Of a stretch of DNA of 64,000 bases, positions 1 to 10,158 are shown piece by piece. Every line of letters begins with the position of its first letter. Positions within the stretch are counted from its first letter, which is position 1. The DNA is taken from contig VBBR01000032.1 in NCBI GenBank assembly GCA_005881615.1, forward strand, positions 3,183-67,182, given 5' to 3'. Made by a program: the position numbers and the translations under genes. The notes under the pieces are model-generated. The model made no database searches, was not told where the DNA came from, and was given only the letters and a program-made list of their open reading frames with translations. The stretch comes from Candidatus Bathyarchaeota archaeon. GTDB taxonomy: Archaea; Thermoproteota; Bathyarchaeia; 40CM-2-53-6.

Positions 1-302
1 CCCGCTGCCTTGAAGTGCCGAAGGGCGTCTTCCAAGAGCAGCTTCGCGATGCCGTGATTCCTGTGAGCCTTCGCCACGGCAATGTAGTACACATAGCCGA
101 CGTTCGACTCTATCGTCTTCAGCATGACCAGCCCGACAGGTTTGCCTAGCAAGATTGCGGCTCTGACCACATCTACGTTTCGGAGGGTCCCTTTCGAATG
201 TCTCAGGTACCATCCTTCAAAGCTCTCGTTAAGTATCCATTCCAGGCCCGCCCTTTTCTCGACGGGAATGTCGACGATTACGGCTCCCTCCTGTTCTGTC
301 AT
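1..302 (-). CDS. GNAT family N-acetyltransferase (runs off window start)
   Basis: Manual translation MTEQEGAVIVDIP...GYVYYIAVAKAHRNHGIAKLLLEDAL contains GNAT motif A (V..AHRNHGIA). Its ATG overlaps the stop of the upstream amidohydrolase (ATGA). Confidence 0.8.
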   Translation of the reverse strand, partial: MTEQEGAVIVDIPVEKRAGLEWILNESFEGWYLRHSKGTLRNVDVVRAAILLGKPVGLVMLKTIESNVGYVYYIAVAKAHRNHGIAKLLLEDALRHFKAA

Positions 303-1126
303 AGACGGAACACTCGCTCCGCATTGTGCGACAAGATTTTTTCCTTGTCGCGTTCATCCACTTCCAATCTCCTCACCAGCGCCAACGCGTCGGAGTGTTT
401 GGTGATAGGATAATCTGTTCCGAAGATGACTTTCTCGGCGTTGCCTGCGAAATAGATGGCTTCGCTAATCTTTCTGGCGAGCCACGCCGCATACTTCTCC
501 GCGTATGCAACATCGCCTGTGATCAATCCGGAGATGTCGGCGTAGACGTTAGGGTGTTTGTAGGTTAGCTCCGCGGCATCCTCGAACCATGGATTGCCAA
601 AGTGGCAGAGGACTATGGTCAGCTCCTCTCTCCTGTTCGCTAGTCGGTCCAGGGTTAGCGGGTGCGAGCGGGCGAGGTCTCCAGTGCTAAACGCAGTGTC
701 TCCGGTATGAAAGAGCACTGGGAGTCTCTTCGACTCGGCATAATCATATAGTTCGTCGAAAACCGGACTGTCTGCCGATGCCTTCACGTAACCCAGCCTG
801 ACTTTGAAGGCCTTAACCTCCCCCGGGTTCTCCTCAGCGAGCTTGAGTGCAGCCTTCACCTCCTTCATTGAGGGTTCTACCGTAACTACCGGCGCGAGAA
901 TTCCGTCGCTCCTCCTGCACAGCCTGATGACTTGCTCGTTGGGAAGAGCGGTGGTTCCTTGTAGAGGCGGACTGAGGAGCAGCCCATTTTTGACCTTGCA
1001 TCTTCGCATGGTGCCCAGTAGTTCGTTCATATTGTAGCTGAGACCGTTTATCCGCGCGAATCTGATGAGGGCGTCATCTCTACGCTCGGACAGGTGGACA
1101 TGGGCGTCGATTATTTTTGCGGCCAT
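299..1126 (-). CDS. Amidohydrolase family protein (Amidohydro_2, TIM barrel)
   Basis: IIDAHVH metal motif, LPVLFHTG, LCHFG, VYADISG, FGTDYP. Confidence 0.9.
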   Translation of the reverse strand: MAAKIIDAHVHLSERRDDALIRFARINGLSYNMNELLGTMRRCKVKNGLLLSPPLQGTTALPNEQVIRLCRRSDGILAPVVTVEPSMKEVKAALKLAEENPGEVKAFKVRLGYVKASADSPVFDELYDYAESKRLPVLFHTGDTAFSTGDLARSHPLTLDRLANRREELTIVLCHFGNPWFEDAAELTYKHPNVYADISGLITGDVAYAEKYAAWLARKISEAIYFAGNAEKVIFGTDYPITKHSDALALVRRLEVDERDKEKILSHNAERVFRL

Positions 1127-1258
1127 TTCTCACACTCGCCTTCTTCCAGCGGACCCCGCTGTAGGACAGATCAATCCTGCCGGAGACTCCCACTAATACC
1201 TCCTTGCGTAAGCTGGGCAGAAAGCAGATATGGAAAAGCATACCGTTAGCCACTCACC

Positions 1259-1822
1259 ATGGGCGAACTGGTCGTCAAAGAACTAACGCCGTCTCTGAGA
1301 GACGACTTCCTGCTGTTCTTCGATAGTGTGGCGTTCGCGGACAATCCTGACTGGTCTGACTGTTACTGTTCCCTCTATCATTTCGCAAACAAGGGAAAGG
1401 CTGAGAGTCGCCGCCAGGCCTCAAGCCACATCGAGGAGGAAAGGATCCACGGATTCCTTGCCTACGACAATGGAAAACCCGTTGGCTGGTGTAACGCCGC
1501 CAACCGCAACAGCTACCCCACGCTCCACTGGCTGATGGGTCCTGGTCCCGACAAGTCAGAGCGAGTTGGTGCAATCGTCTGCTTCGTAATAGCCGCTTCA
1601 CATCGCAACCAAGGAGTCGCCTCCCACCTACTGGACGCCGCGTGCAGAAAATTTTCACAAAAAGGATTAGAATTCGCTGAAGCCTACCCGGTGAAGGAGT
1701 CAAAGTCATCTGCTTACAACTTTCCAGGCCCGCTGTCAATGTACCTCAAGAATGGTTTCACCCAACATCGCGACGCCGATTGGTATCTGGTAGTGCGAAA
1801 GCGACTCGAAACAACATCCTGA
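1259..1822 (+). CDS. GNAT family N-acetyltransferase
   Basis: CFVIAASHRNQGVASHLL motif A; EAYP and GF motifs. Confidence 0.88.
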   Translation: MGELVVKELTPSLRDDFLLFFDSVAFADNPDWSDCYCSLYHFANKGKAESRRQASSHIEEERIHGFLAYDNGKPVGWCNAANRNSYPTLHWLMGPGPDKSERVGAIVCFVIAASHRNQGVASHLLDAACRKFSQKGLEFAEAYPVKESKSSAYNFPGPLSMYLKNGFTQHRDADWYLVVRKRLETTS

Positions 1823-1897
1823 GGCAGACCGCCCCCTTTCTAACAATAGGCAGCTCCAGCAACGACCTGGGATGCTGGAAATCCAACAGTAATGTGA

Positions 1898-1912
1898 TGG
1901 GCCCGCCCGGAT
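1898..1912 (-). repeat. att-like direct repeat of the tRNA-Ile 3' end (outer copy)
   Basis: tgggcccgcccggat is identical to 10162-10176 (17/18 including flank). Confidence 0.7.
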
Positions 1913-2359
1913 ACTACCGGCTAGCCTAGTGCGCCAGGAGAACTGTTCCTTTTTTTTGTGGCGCAGAACCTTTTGCACAACAGAATCTTCCTGTCGTTAG
2001 TTGTCATAAACGACAGGGCCTTTTTCAGCGTTACTAGTCGGCGAACTAGTCGATCAAGGAATGGTCCCTGCCCCGGTGTTTCTTGATGGACCCTGTTGTT
2101 GACGAAGTATCTTTCTAGTGTTCAGAGTTATCATAATCGAACCGGTCGGCCCTTGCGAAATCGCCCAGCCTACAGTCGCGTAGCTTGCAGGAATGGCTTC
2201 CAAAGCTCCCTACCGTCACTACCGGCATAGCGAGGTGAATCAATTCCTGGAATACACTAAGGTAGACTCGAGACATACGGAGCGCGCTTTGGCAATCCGC
2301 CGCCGGTCGTATATTGGCTAGTCTTATCTACGCATCTCTGGCGAAGTTATTCCCGAAAA

Positions 2360-4432
2360 ATGGTTATGATTTCTAAGTTAATGCGCGTACGACTGAATAC
2401 ACCAAGACTAAATCAACAACTGGTCACGAAGGCATTCTTGGTAATCGCAATCCTATCAGTCTCGACTCTCTCGGCCCTGCCCTCTGTGGCAGGTCAAACG
2501 ATCACGGGATCTCTGACCTTCCAAAGAGGTGAGAACAATGCCTTCACAGGTCTGATCGATGCAACCCACGGGTTTGCATACTTTGCGACCGATACTCAGC
2601 CAGGACAAATCGTGAAGGTTAGACTCTCCGACTTCACTAAAGTCAGCACTTTGGTGCTGAATCCACATGAGGATTTCCTGTCAGCTGGAGTCATTGACCC
2701 AGGCAACGACTTCGCATACTTCGGGACCTACAACCTTGGATCTCCAAATGCAAGCATAATCAAAGTCAGGCTATCCGACCTGACACGTGTAGGCGCGATT
2801 CAGATCAGTTCAAGAAACAATAGATTCTTCACGACCGCCGTGATCGACAGCGCGAACGGTTTCGCGTACTTCGGAAGTCTCCGAGGGGGCGTTATTGACA
2901 AGATCAGACTGTCAGACTTCACGCTGGTTGCTACGCTGAACCTTCCGAATGGCTTTGGGCTCTTCGGGTCAGCTATCGACACTACCGGGTTCGCATACTT
3001 CTCCACAGGCACCGGAACCGGTTACATCTTTAAGATCAGACTCTCGAACTTCACCTTGGCGAAGACGCTCACGGTGGGGGAACCGTTGGGATCAACCCCG
3101 CTAATCGACCCGACCACGGGGCTCTCTTACTGGCCAACCGACACTAACCCAGGGTCAATACTGCGAGTGAAAGTATCAGACCTCACCATCACCGGGAACA
3201 TGACTCTGAATGCGGGAGAATTATCCCCGAATTCCGGCGTGATCGATCCTTCCGAAGGTTTCGCCTATTTCGGAACACAAGGGACCCCATCGGAGATTGT
3301 TAAGATCAACATTGCAACCTTCAAACTGGCAAACACGTTGAAACTCGCGCCCTACGAGTCCCTGCTCTTCTTGAGCGCAGCAGGGGTGATTCAGAGTGAA
3401 ACGAGGGGTGGTAGCTTCGGCTACTTCGCGACCTACACCTCTCCGAGCTTCATTGTAAAGGTCAAACTGTCCGACATGAGCCGCGCTGGTACAATGACTC
3501 TCAAGCAGGGAGAGCAAGCCTTCGACAATTCGATAATCGACACGGCAGCAGGATTCGTATACTTCGGGAGCGATTCAGTGTTTGGGACGGGATCGGGTAC
3601 TGGCGCAATATCTAGAATAAGGACCTCCGATTTCACGGATGCTGGAACACTGCTGCTCAACCCTGGCGAAGGCCCCCTATGCTCGGCGGTCATAGATACG
3701 ACTAATGGGTTTGCCTACTTCGGAACGAGCACCTTTCCGGCAAAGATCATCAAAGTCAGACTCTCGGACTTCAGTCGCGTCGGGGTTCTCACGCTCGCCA
3801 CGGGCGAGGACCTTGCTTGTACGGGCGTAATTGATCCTCTGAACGGTTTCGCGTACTTTGCTACCCAAGACGACCCCGCAATTGTCCTCAAGGTCAGACT
3901 CTCCGATTTCTCTCTAGTTGGAACAGGCACCTTGGGCGCCTTCGAAGGTATCCCCATCAGCTCTATCATAGACGTTCAGCACGGTTTCGCCTATTTCGGA
4001 ACACTAAGTTTCCCTGGAGTCATTGATATGGTGAGACTCTCCGACCTTACGGAGGTAGCGTCGCTGACAATCGACCAGGATCAACCGGCCGCCGCCGCGA
4101 TTGACACTTTAGGAGGCTTTGCCTACTTCGGAACCTTTGAGGGCGTAGTGAAGCTTCGGCTGTCTGATTTCAGCGAGAACATGTCGATGACGCTGAATGG
4201 GCTTCAATCCTCCGTCGGCTCCGTCGTCCTCGACTTGTCTCTCGGTTTCGGCTACTTTGGAGGTGTCGGTTTCGTCGCGAAGATTCAGCTCTCGACCTTG
4301 AACGAGGTCGGCTCGACGATGACAGCGAGTCCGAACGATTTTCTCTTTAGTGCCAGCATCGATCCTGCGGCTGGAACAGCATACTTCGGCGTCCTATCGG
4401 ACCCAGGCAAAGTCTACAGAGTTAGCCTCTAA
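2360..4432 (+). CDS. Secreted tandem-repeat protein, predicted double 7-bladed beta-propeller
   Basis: Hydrophobic signal segment (AFLVIAILSVSTLSALPSVAG) followed by 14 repeats of about 45 aa with consensus (A)VIDxxxGFAYFGT...IVKVRLSDF. The exact start codon is uncertain. Confidence 0.8.
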   Translation: MVMISKLMRVRLNTPRLNQQLVTKAFLVIAILSVSTLSALPSVAGQTITGSLTFQRGENNAFTGLIDATHGFAYFATDTQPGQIVKVRLSDFTKVSTLVLNPHEDFLSAGVIDPGNDFAYFGTYNLGSPNASIIKVRLSDLTRVGAIQISSRNNRFFTTAVIDSANGFAYFGSLRGGVIDKIRLSDFTLVATLNLPNGFGLFGSAIDTTGFAYFSTGTGTGYIFKIRLSNFTLAKTLTVGEPLGSTPLIDPTTGLSYWPTDTNPGSILRVKVSDLTITGNMTLNAGELSPNSGVIDPSEGFAYFGTQGTPSEIVKINIATFKLANTLKLAPYESLLFLSAAGVIQSETRGGSFGYFATYTSPSFIVKVKLSDMSRAGTMTLKQGEQAFDNSIIDTAAGFVYFGSDSVFGTGSGTGAISRIRTSDFTDAGTLLLNPGEGPLCSAVIDTTNGFAYFGTSTFPAKIIKVRLSDFSRVGVLTLATGEDLACTGVIDPLNGFAYFATQDDPAIVLKVRLSDFSLVGTGTLGAFEGIPISSIIDVQHGFAYFGTLSFPGVIDMVRLSDLTEVASLTIDQDQPAAAAIDTLGGFAYFGTFEGVVKLRLSDFSENMSMTLNGLQSSVGSVVLDLSLGFGYFGGVGFVAKIQLSTLNEVGSTMTASPNDFLFSASIDPAAGTAYFGVLSDPGKVYRVSL

Positions 4433-4454
4433 ACACGCTGCGAAGCGGCTCCAA

Positions 4455-4469
4455 CCTTTCCCCTTTTTT
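4455..4469 (+). terminator. Oligo-T/pyrimidine tract, probable archaeal terminator
   Basis: ctttcccttttttt about 25 nt after the stop of the repeat protein. Confidence 0.4.
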
Positions 4470-4649
4470 CTCGTCGAAGAGTTCCTACGTCGATCTGGTG
4501 CTCCTAACTGCTTTGTGACGTGGTCATCTCGTTTTGTTCCCGCTTCTGTTGCTTCAACCCAATCCCTGAAACAAGGATGCCCTTTGTCGACAAGCTTGGA
4601 GACCAACGCAAAAGCAGCCATCCCCGGAATGTCCACTAGGCTAAACTGC

Positions 4650-4667
4650 TGGGCCCGCCCGGATTCG
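4650..4667 (-). repeat. att-like direct repeat of the tRNA-Ile 3' end (inner copy)
   Basis: tgggcccgcccggattcg is an exact 18-bp match to 10162-10179 (acceptor stem plus T-arm half). Confidence 0.8.
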
Positions 4668-4844
4668 CTTGAAAACTACAGCGAATCCATTCTCTGTGTT
4701 CGAAACCCTTCTAGATTCTCCTAAATTCAGATGCTTCTTGGACACCAGTCTGTACAGGTATATGCTAGAGTTGATTTTCGACGACCTCGCCGTGCCTCAG
4801 GGTCGCAGTTTATGGAAACTGTCGAAGTCGAACTGTCGCTGACA

Positions 4845-5192
4845 TTAGGCCTCCGCTATCCCCCAGATTTGCCCACCTGGTGCCTGGAAGTAGAAGCGGT
4901 TGCTAATTGGATGTTTCACTTGGGACAAACCCGCCGCCAGAACCTTCTTTTTCAGAGCAGACGGATCCTCAGTCTTGACCTCCAGCCAGGCCCCCCGCCA
5001 AGGTTGCTTCCCGTCGAGTGCGTCCTTGGCAAACTCGACGCTCAACGAAGCCCCGTTGGGAAATACGAAGACAAGCATTGACCCTGGCAACGCCACAAGC
5101 TCGCAACCAAAGATATCGGTGAAAAAACTGGTCAACCTTTCTTTATTCTCGAGTCTTGCAAAAGTATGCACACGATTCGTCATGCCTATCAT
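4845..5192 (-). CDS. VOC/glyoxalase-like protein
   Basis: FFTDIFGCEL and FYFQAPGGQIW resemble the VOC beta-alpha-beta-beta-beta termini. Confidence 0.7.
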   Translation of the reverse strand: MIGMTNRVHTFARLENKERLTSFFTDIFGCELVALPGSMLVFVFPNGASLSVEFAKDALDGKQPWRGAWLEVKTEDPSALKKKVLAAGLSQVKHPISNRFYFQAPGGQIWGIAEA

Positions 5193-5247
5193 GATACTTT
5201 CCTTTTCTGGATGAGTTGGCCCAGGTGGGGTTAAAAAATTAGTGTGT

Positions 5248-5400
5248 CTAGCCGAAACTAGGGATGATGTCTCTGGCGAACTGTTGCATGGAGTCTAAGC
5301 AGTTATTTTGCCGGAACCCGATCACAAAGTAATGGCAGCCTCTCTCCTCCGCCTCTTTTATCCTGGTAGTGCAGGCTTTTTCGTCGTACTTCGGGCTGAA
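5248..5400 (-). pseudogene. C-terminal remnant of an LLM-class (luciferase-like) oxidoreductase
   Basis: CTTRIKEAEERGCHYFVIGF...SMQQFARDIIPSF is typical of an LLM C-terminus. No N-terminal part is present. Confidence 0.5.
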
Positions 5401-5605
5401 GTCCGTGTCAGCGAACGAGACTTTGCTGGCCCGGTTGTGCTGTTTTGCTTCCTGTGACACGACCGTTTAACGAATTCGGCCCATGTTACCAAGAAAGATC
5501 TCCTCAAACGGTACGCATTTATTGTCCCTGCAGGTTTTATTTGAACATGAAAACGGGACCTGTGCCCGTCCAAATCCCACTCCCGGTGATCTTCAGGTCG
5601 CTCAG

Positions 5606-6016
5606 ATGATGACGAGGAAAACCGGGTCTCTGCAACATATTGAAATCAACGTGACAAACCTGGAGACGTCGAAAGGCTTCTACGATGGCTTCCTTACTTG
5701 GATAGGCTATAATCGCGTAATGGACGAGAAGGACATAGCAGGATGGAGCAACGGTGATATTCAGATTTTTCTGGTCAACTGCGAACCCCACTATCGCAGT
5801 GCAGAGTTCCACCGAAAACATGTAGGCCTAAACCACGTTGCGTTTAGAGCTAGCTCCAGGGAAGATGTTGATAGGTTCTTCAGCGAGTTCCTATCCACAA
5901 GGAGAATCACAGTTCTGTATGGTGGACCGAAAGCGTATCCTGAGTACAGCCTGACGTACTACTCGGTGTACTTCGAGGACCCTGACAGAATAAAACTCGA
6001 ATTCATGCATGCGTGA
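5606..6016 (+). CDS. VOC family protein
   Basis: LQHIEINVTNLE, GLNHVAF, YFEDPDRIKLE. Start placed at ATG 5606 rather than 5483. Confidence 0.88.
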   Translation: MMTRKTGSLQHIEINVTNLETSKGFYDGFLTWIGYNRVMDEKDIAGWSNGDIQIFLVNCEPHYRSAEFHRKHVGLNHVAFRASSREDVDRFFSEFLSTRRITVLYGGPKAYPEYSLTYYSVYFEDPDRIKLEFMHA

Positions 6017-6172
6017 TTCGACGTGCGACCAGTCAGAATCTCCGATCTTCAGAGACATTATGAAAGACGGGCGCCGAAGATGGCTTAGAGTCGGGGTCGA
6101 TGATCATGCATGTTCAGCCTGCTTCAAGTCCCAATGCGTAACGGGCCCATTCTGACTGACCATTACTCATCT

Positions 6173-6709
6173 CTAATGGCATCTCTTCACTTGGATCGAG
6201 ACCTGGTCTCTCATTGAGACAGCTCGATCCGTATCCACGGCTGGAGGGTTTCTCAATCGTGGAGACCCCAAGAGGTGGCGGTCCTTCTGGCTCAAAGCAC
6301 AGTTGCTCCGATCCTCCATCGTCAAAACGGATGGTCCTCCGCGTTGTTTGTGCATGAGAAGTAGCGTGTGACCGTCGGGGTCCTCAAAGTAAATCCATCG
6401 ATGCCTCTCGTTGTCCGATCTCCATTCTTCAATCTCGCCTTTCAGGTTCGCCCCCGCAGCCTTCAGTTCCCGCACGGCGCTGTCCAAGTCTTCTACCAGA
6501 AGCCCCACTGCTGGACAGCGTCCGTCCTGTCTTCTCGCGAGACGGGTATCCCTTGCAAGAATTTCAAGATTTGTTGTCTCATCGATCGCGTAATAGGCGT
6601 AAGCAGGCGTATCCTCAACAAGGTTTAGCCCAAGAACCTCAGCATAAAATCGCCGCGTCTCTGGACGATCACTTACGAGACCCAACCAACCGATCCCAGA
6701 GACTTTCAT
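6173..6709 (-). CDS. VOC family protein (with a probably non-native C-terminal read-through tail)
   Basis: RRFYAEVLGL, VEDLDSAVREL, YFEDPDGHTL. Confidence 0.8.
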   Translation of the reverse strand: MKVSGIGWLGLVSDRPETRRFYAEVLGLNLVEDTPAYAYYAIDETTNLEILARDTRLARRQDGRCPAVGLLVEDLDSAVRELKAAGANLKGEIEEWRSDNERHRWIYFEDPDGHTLLLMHKQRGGPSVLTMEDRSNCALSQKDRHLLGSPRLRNPPAVDTDRAVSMRDQVSIQVKRCH

Positions 6710-7170
6710 GGATAGTTACCGATGTGCCACTGCCATTTCTTGCCGTCCAGTCGGACAAAGTCTTCGAAAGCAGACGGTCCCTTTCGCTGGTACTCACACC
6801 AAGACGCGATTTTTCCGTCACGAACTTTGACGATGACAACACCATGGTCAGCAGAGGATTTGCCTTTCAAGCCAAATGAGAACTCGCCAGCACCAACTTG
6901 GTTTGACTCGTCAAACGAAAGATGGTGAAAGACCATGAAGGTCCCAGGCGTAAGGGCCCCAAAGTAAGAACGCAGCTGTTCTTGTCCATGATAAAACTGA
7001 ACATCCGGTGGCTCAAAGTAAACCGCGTCGCTTGTGAAACACTCCAGCGCAGATTCGGTATCCTGTCGACTCCAGGCCTGAGCAAGCTTTGTCATCAAGG
7101 CATGGTATTCCTGAGGACCCAACACTAACATGCCGACACCCCGAATCGCGTCAGGTCTCAGTAAATACAT
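6706..7170 (-). CDS. SnoaL/NTF2-like protein
   Basis: AWSRQDTESALECFTSDAVYFEP and VRDGKIASWCEY. Confidence 0.8.
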   Translation of the reverse strand: MYLLRPDAIRGVGMLVLGPQEYHALMTKLAQAWSRQDTESALECFTSDAVYFEPPDVQFYHGQEQLRSYFGALTPGTFMVFHHLSFDESNQVGAGEFSFGLKGKSSADHGVVIVKVRDGKIASWCEYQRKGPSAFEDFVRLDGKKWQWHIGNYP

Positions 7171-7502
7171 TTGTCTCCAAGCAACACTCTGAGTCGCTTC
7201 TCGAAACCACTCGTAACACCGCGGTGGTGAGAGGGGAGGGGGTCCGAGTATCCAAACATGTGTCGAGCCATGGGTTGAGCGAGTAACACGCTGTCGTCTG
7301 GTCGAATTGATGGTGGGTGACGTCCCAAGAAAAAAAGCCGCAGCTGCGAATCAGCCTTTGATGGGCAAAACCACTACAAGGGTGCCTGAAAATCAAGATT
7401 CAAAAGTCATGAGACACCGCCAGAGAGACATCGCGCAAAATCCGTGTCGCTCAATGAGGCTAGTCTATTAGACGATTCCAAACCAGGCTCGGCAGATTAC
7501 TA

Positions 7503-8342
7503 TTGGAGTCCGGATTGCTTCAAGTCGACGACGGCAGGCTATACTACGAGGTCAACGGTCGCGGCGACCCGATCGTCCTCATACACGCAGGCTTCCTAGA
7601 CAACAGAATGTGGGACGAACAATTCCAATTATTCGCCCAGCACTACAAGGTCATCCGTTACGATGTAAGAGGCTACGGCAAGTCCGACGAGCCAAAAACC
7701 AGTTTCTCCGACTATAAGGACCTCCACAGGCTACTCGCCCATCTAAGCGTCAAAACCGTCCACATAGTCGGCGTCTCAAACGGTGGAAGAATCGCCCTTG
7801 ACTTCGCCGTGGAATACCCTGAGATGATTCACTCTCTGATTCTGGTCGGAACGGGGGTTAGAGGCCGCGGGGTCTCGGGGCCAGAAGAGGAAAAGTTCTG
7901 GGGCGAGTTCGAGACGCAGATGAAACTCCAAGAAGAGGCTGTCAAAGGAGACAGGCTGGCCGAGGCTACAGAAATAGATGTGGACACTTGGGCCACTGCT
8001 CAGACACCCGCTTCACAAAAGCGCATTCTCGAAATAGCCCTTGAAAACTCCCACGTTCAAAAAGACGAACCTGGAAAATTCCAAGTGTCACCCGAGCCAG
8101 CTGCTTACAAGAGGCTATCCGAAATACGCGCCCCGACTCTGGTGATAATTGGAGACCGAGACGTTCGAGGGATGCGGTATATCGCCGATGACGTTCACTC
8201 GAAAATCCAAGGCTCCAAGAAACTGGTGGTTCAGGGAGCAGACCATATAGTCAACATGTCCAAGCCAAAGGAATTCAACAAGATGGTTTTAGAATTCTTG
8301 GAAAGCAGTGCAGATCCTCCGCAAGATGTGGTCAGAGGATAA
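7503..8342 (+). CDS. Alpha/beta fold hydrolase
   Basis: LIHAG oxyanion loop, YDVRGYGKS, GVSNGG nucleophile elbow, IGDRD, GADH. Confidence 0.92.
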   Translation: MESGLLQVDDGRLYYEVNGRGDPIVLIHAGFLDNRMWDEQFQLFAQHYKVIRYDVRGYGKSDEPKTSFSDYKDLHRLLAHLSVKTVHIVGVSNGGRIALDFAVEYPEMIHSLILVGTGVRGRGVSGPEEEKFWGEFETQMKLQEEAVKGDRLAEATEIDVDTWATAQTPASQKRILEIALENSHVQKDEPGKFQVSPEPAAYKRLSEIRAPTLVIIGDRDVRGMRYIADDVHSKIQGSKKLVVQGADHIVNMSKPKEFNKMVLEFLESSADPPQDVVRG

Positions 8343-8397
8343 AGCGAGCTTCAACGGCAAGTTCTACCGGATAAAAGATGCCTACTGTAACCCCGAG
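8302..8397 (+). pseudogene. Internal fragment of an LLM-class F420-dependent oxidoreductase
   Basis: AVQILRKMWSEDKASFNGKFYRIKDAYCNP matches the conserved LLM segment. It overlaps the hydrolase 3' end in another frame. Confidence 0.6.
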
Positions 8398-8562
8398 ACA
8401 GGTCGTTCTGTCTTATACTGTTTGCTCTTGGCAATCCGGCACGAACCAACTATCCAGTACCGAGGGAGGGGAGAGGCAGGTCTCACGTTGGAACTATTCT
8501 CGGCCGACTCCAGCAGAATATTAATCACAGGATGTTGGAACGTCCGTTGCAAGCGGTAAGAA

Positions 8563-9309
8563 ATGTCAGCTAGTCGAGAGGAGACTTTCGCACGGATGTC
8601 CTCCCGTGACTGGCCCACGGAGGTTCATACGCTTGATGATCTAGAGGGCCAAGTAGCGCTGGTCACAGGTGCATCTCGGGGCATAGGCGCAGCTGTTGCT
8701 GCGGAATTGGACGACCTCGGAGCAATTGTATATGGTGGAATGCGAAGGCCAAAGGCTGTAAACGGCCTGAAGCCAATCGTCCTCGATGTTACTCAAGAAG
8801 CCATAATCTCAGCCGCAATCGACCAAATCCAACACGAAGCGGGCCGCCTGGACATCCTAGTCAACAACGCGGGCGTAGGCGTGTCGGACGGGGACTTGGC
8901 GGTGATCTCTACCGAGGAGATAAGAGAGGTGCTGGAGACAAACCTCCTAGGGCCCATGCTTGTGAGCAAGCATGCTCTCCCCATTCTACTGAAGCGGCGC
9001 GGCGGGAGGATCGTGAACGTTTCCAGCCTCGTCGGAGCTGTGACGGGGGGCATGGAAGGTAATTACCCCGCTTATCGGATCTCCAAGACTGGCCTAAATG
9101 GGCTCACGGTCTATCTTCACGGGGAATATGGGCCACAGGGCCTTATCGCGAATTCCGTCTGTCCCGGACATACTAGGACCGACCTAGGCGGGCCAGACGC
9201 CGAACGTAGCGTGGAAGAAGGAGCTGAAACTCCAGTATGGCTCGCGACCTTTGCTCCTGGAGGTCCCGGGGGGCTCTTCTGGCGCGACAAGAAGGTTATT
9301 CCTTGGTGA
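8563..9309 (+). CDS. Short-chain dehydrogenase/reductase (carbonyl reductase-like)
   Basis: TGASRGIG, ILVNNAG, YRISK catalytic motif, CPGHTRTDLGG. Confidence 0.93.
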   Translation: MSASREETFARMSSRDWPTEVHTLDDLEGQVALVTGASRGIGAAVAAELDDLGAIVYGGMRRPKAVNGLKPIVLDVTQEAIISAAIDQIQHEAGRLDILVNNAGVGVSDGDLAVISTEEIREVLETNLLGPMLVSKHALPILLKRRGGRIVNVSSLVGAVTGGMEGNYPAYRISKTGLNGLTVYLHGEYGPQGLIANSVCPGHTRTDLGGPDAERSVEEGAETPVWLATFAPGGPGGLFWRDKKVIPW

Positions 9310-9468
9310 CATTTCGACCGGACTGCACCTACCTGGCCACTTACCAACCTAGGGTCCGCTTCATCAGAGGTATGATGGAGAGCATTCGTAGCCTAAGGGA
9401 CAGACCGCGTAACCACTCGCTTCTAGGAAACCCTCGAGAATATCTTGGCGGGGTCTATGGCTATTAGG

Positions 9469-10140
9469 TCAGGGTTTGGGCCAGATCTTTATGGCCTGAT
9501 CGGCAAGCGTCTGGGCTCTTTGAGCTATGGACTCCTGATTCCATGTCTGATACTTGGCAACTTGCTTGTTCAGCTCAAGATTGCTGGTCGAGTAGGTTTG
9601 CTTCTTCTCCGAGAATGGCCTGTTTGGACAACTCAGGGTTGTATGCTGATAGGGTAAGGTTGCCTAGCGTGTGGAGCCATGCTTGATGAACTTCTTCATA
9701 ATTCGCGCCGAGATCCTTGACCCAGGGGGTCGTTCAAGGTTTGAGGCATGATGTGCTCGACCTGCGTGTTCTCTAGAAGAGCGGGTTCTTTGTGATGATA
9801 GCTCCCTTCCAGGGAAGAGAGAATGTTCCAAGCACCCAGTCCCATGTATAGTTGGGCTGTCTTGAGACCCTAAGTGAAGGCGTTGTCATCAGGCCAGCCG
9901 TAATGCGTCAACCCTTGGACGAGTGATCCCAGGACATTTCCTTTGTCGACAGATTTCGAAATTGCTGGAAAGTATCTGTTCAAGGATCTTGCAGAATAGT
10001 TGAGGACGAGCCTCCGTACCAGAAAGGACTCGATGAGCTCGAGCCCTGTCGCAAAATCATTCATTGGCAAAGCGCCCTCTGAGTGTATTTCGTAGAGTTT
10101 CAGGAGCAAAGGATAGGCTGTGTTTACATCCCACCAAAAA
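9469..10140 (-). pseudogene. Decayed GmrSD-type restriction endonuclease, C-terminal DUF1524/HNH domain
   Basis: IESFLVRR...WPDDNAFT*...QVEHIMPQT / WLHTLGNLTLSAYNPELS / NRPFSEKK...RAQTLADQAIKIWPKP*. One nonsense codon (9870) and two frameshifts; the DUF262 part is absent. Confidence 0.8.
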
Positions 10141-10158
10141 GGATTCGCTGAATTTTTT

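Noticed and set aside
2500-4430. Recurrent DNA motifs (tcagactctc, gcatacttcgg) as a CRISPR-like array
   Set aside because: They are explained by the protein's coding repeats. No constant repeat/spacer array was seen anywhere in the window.
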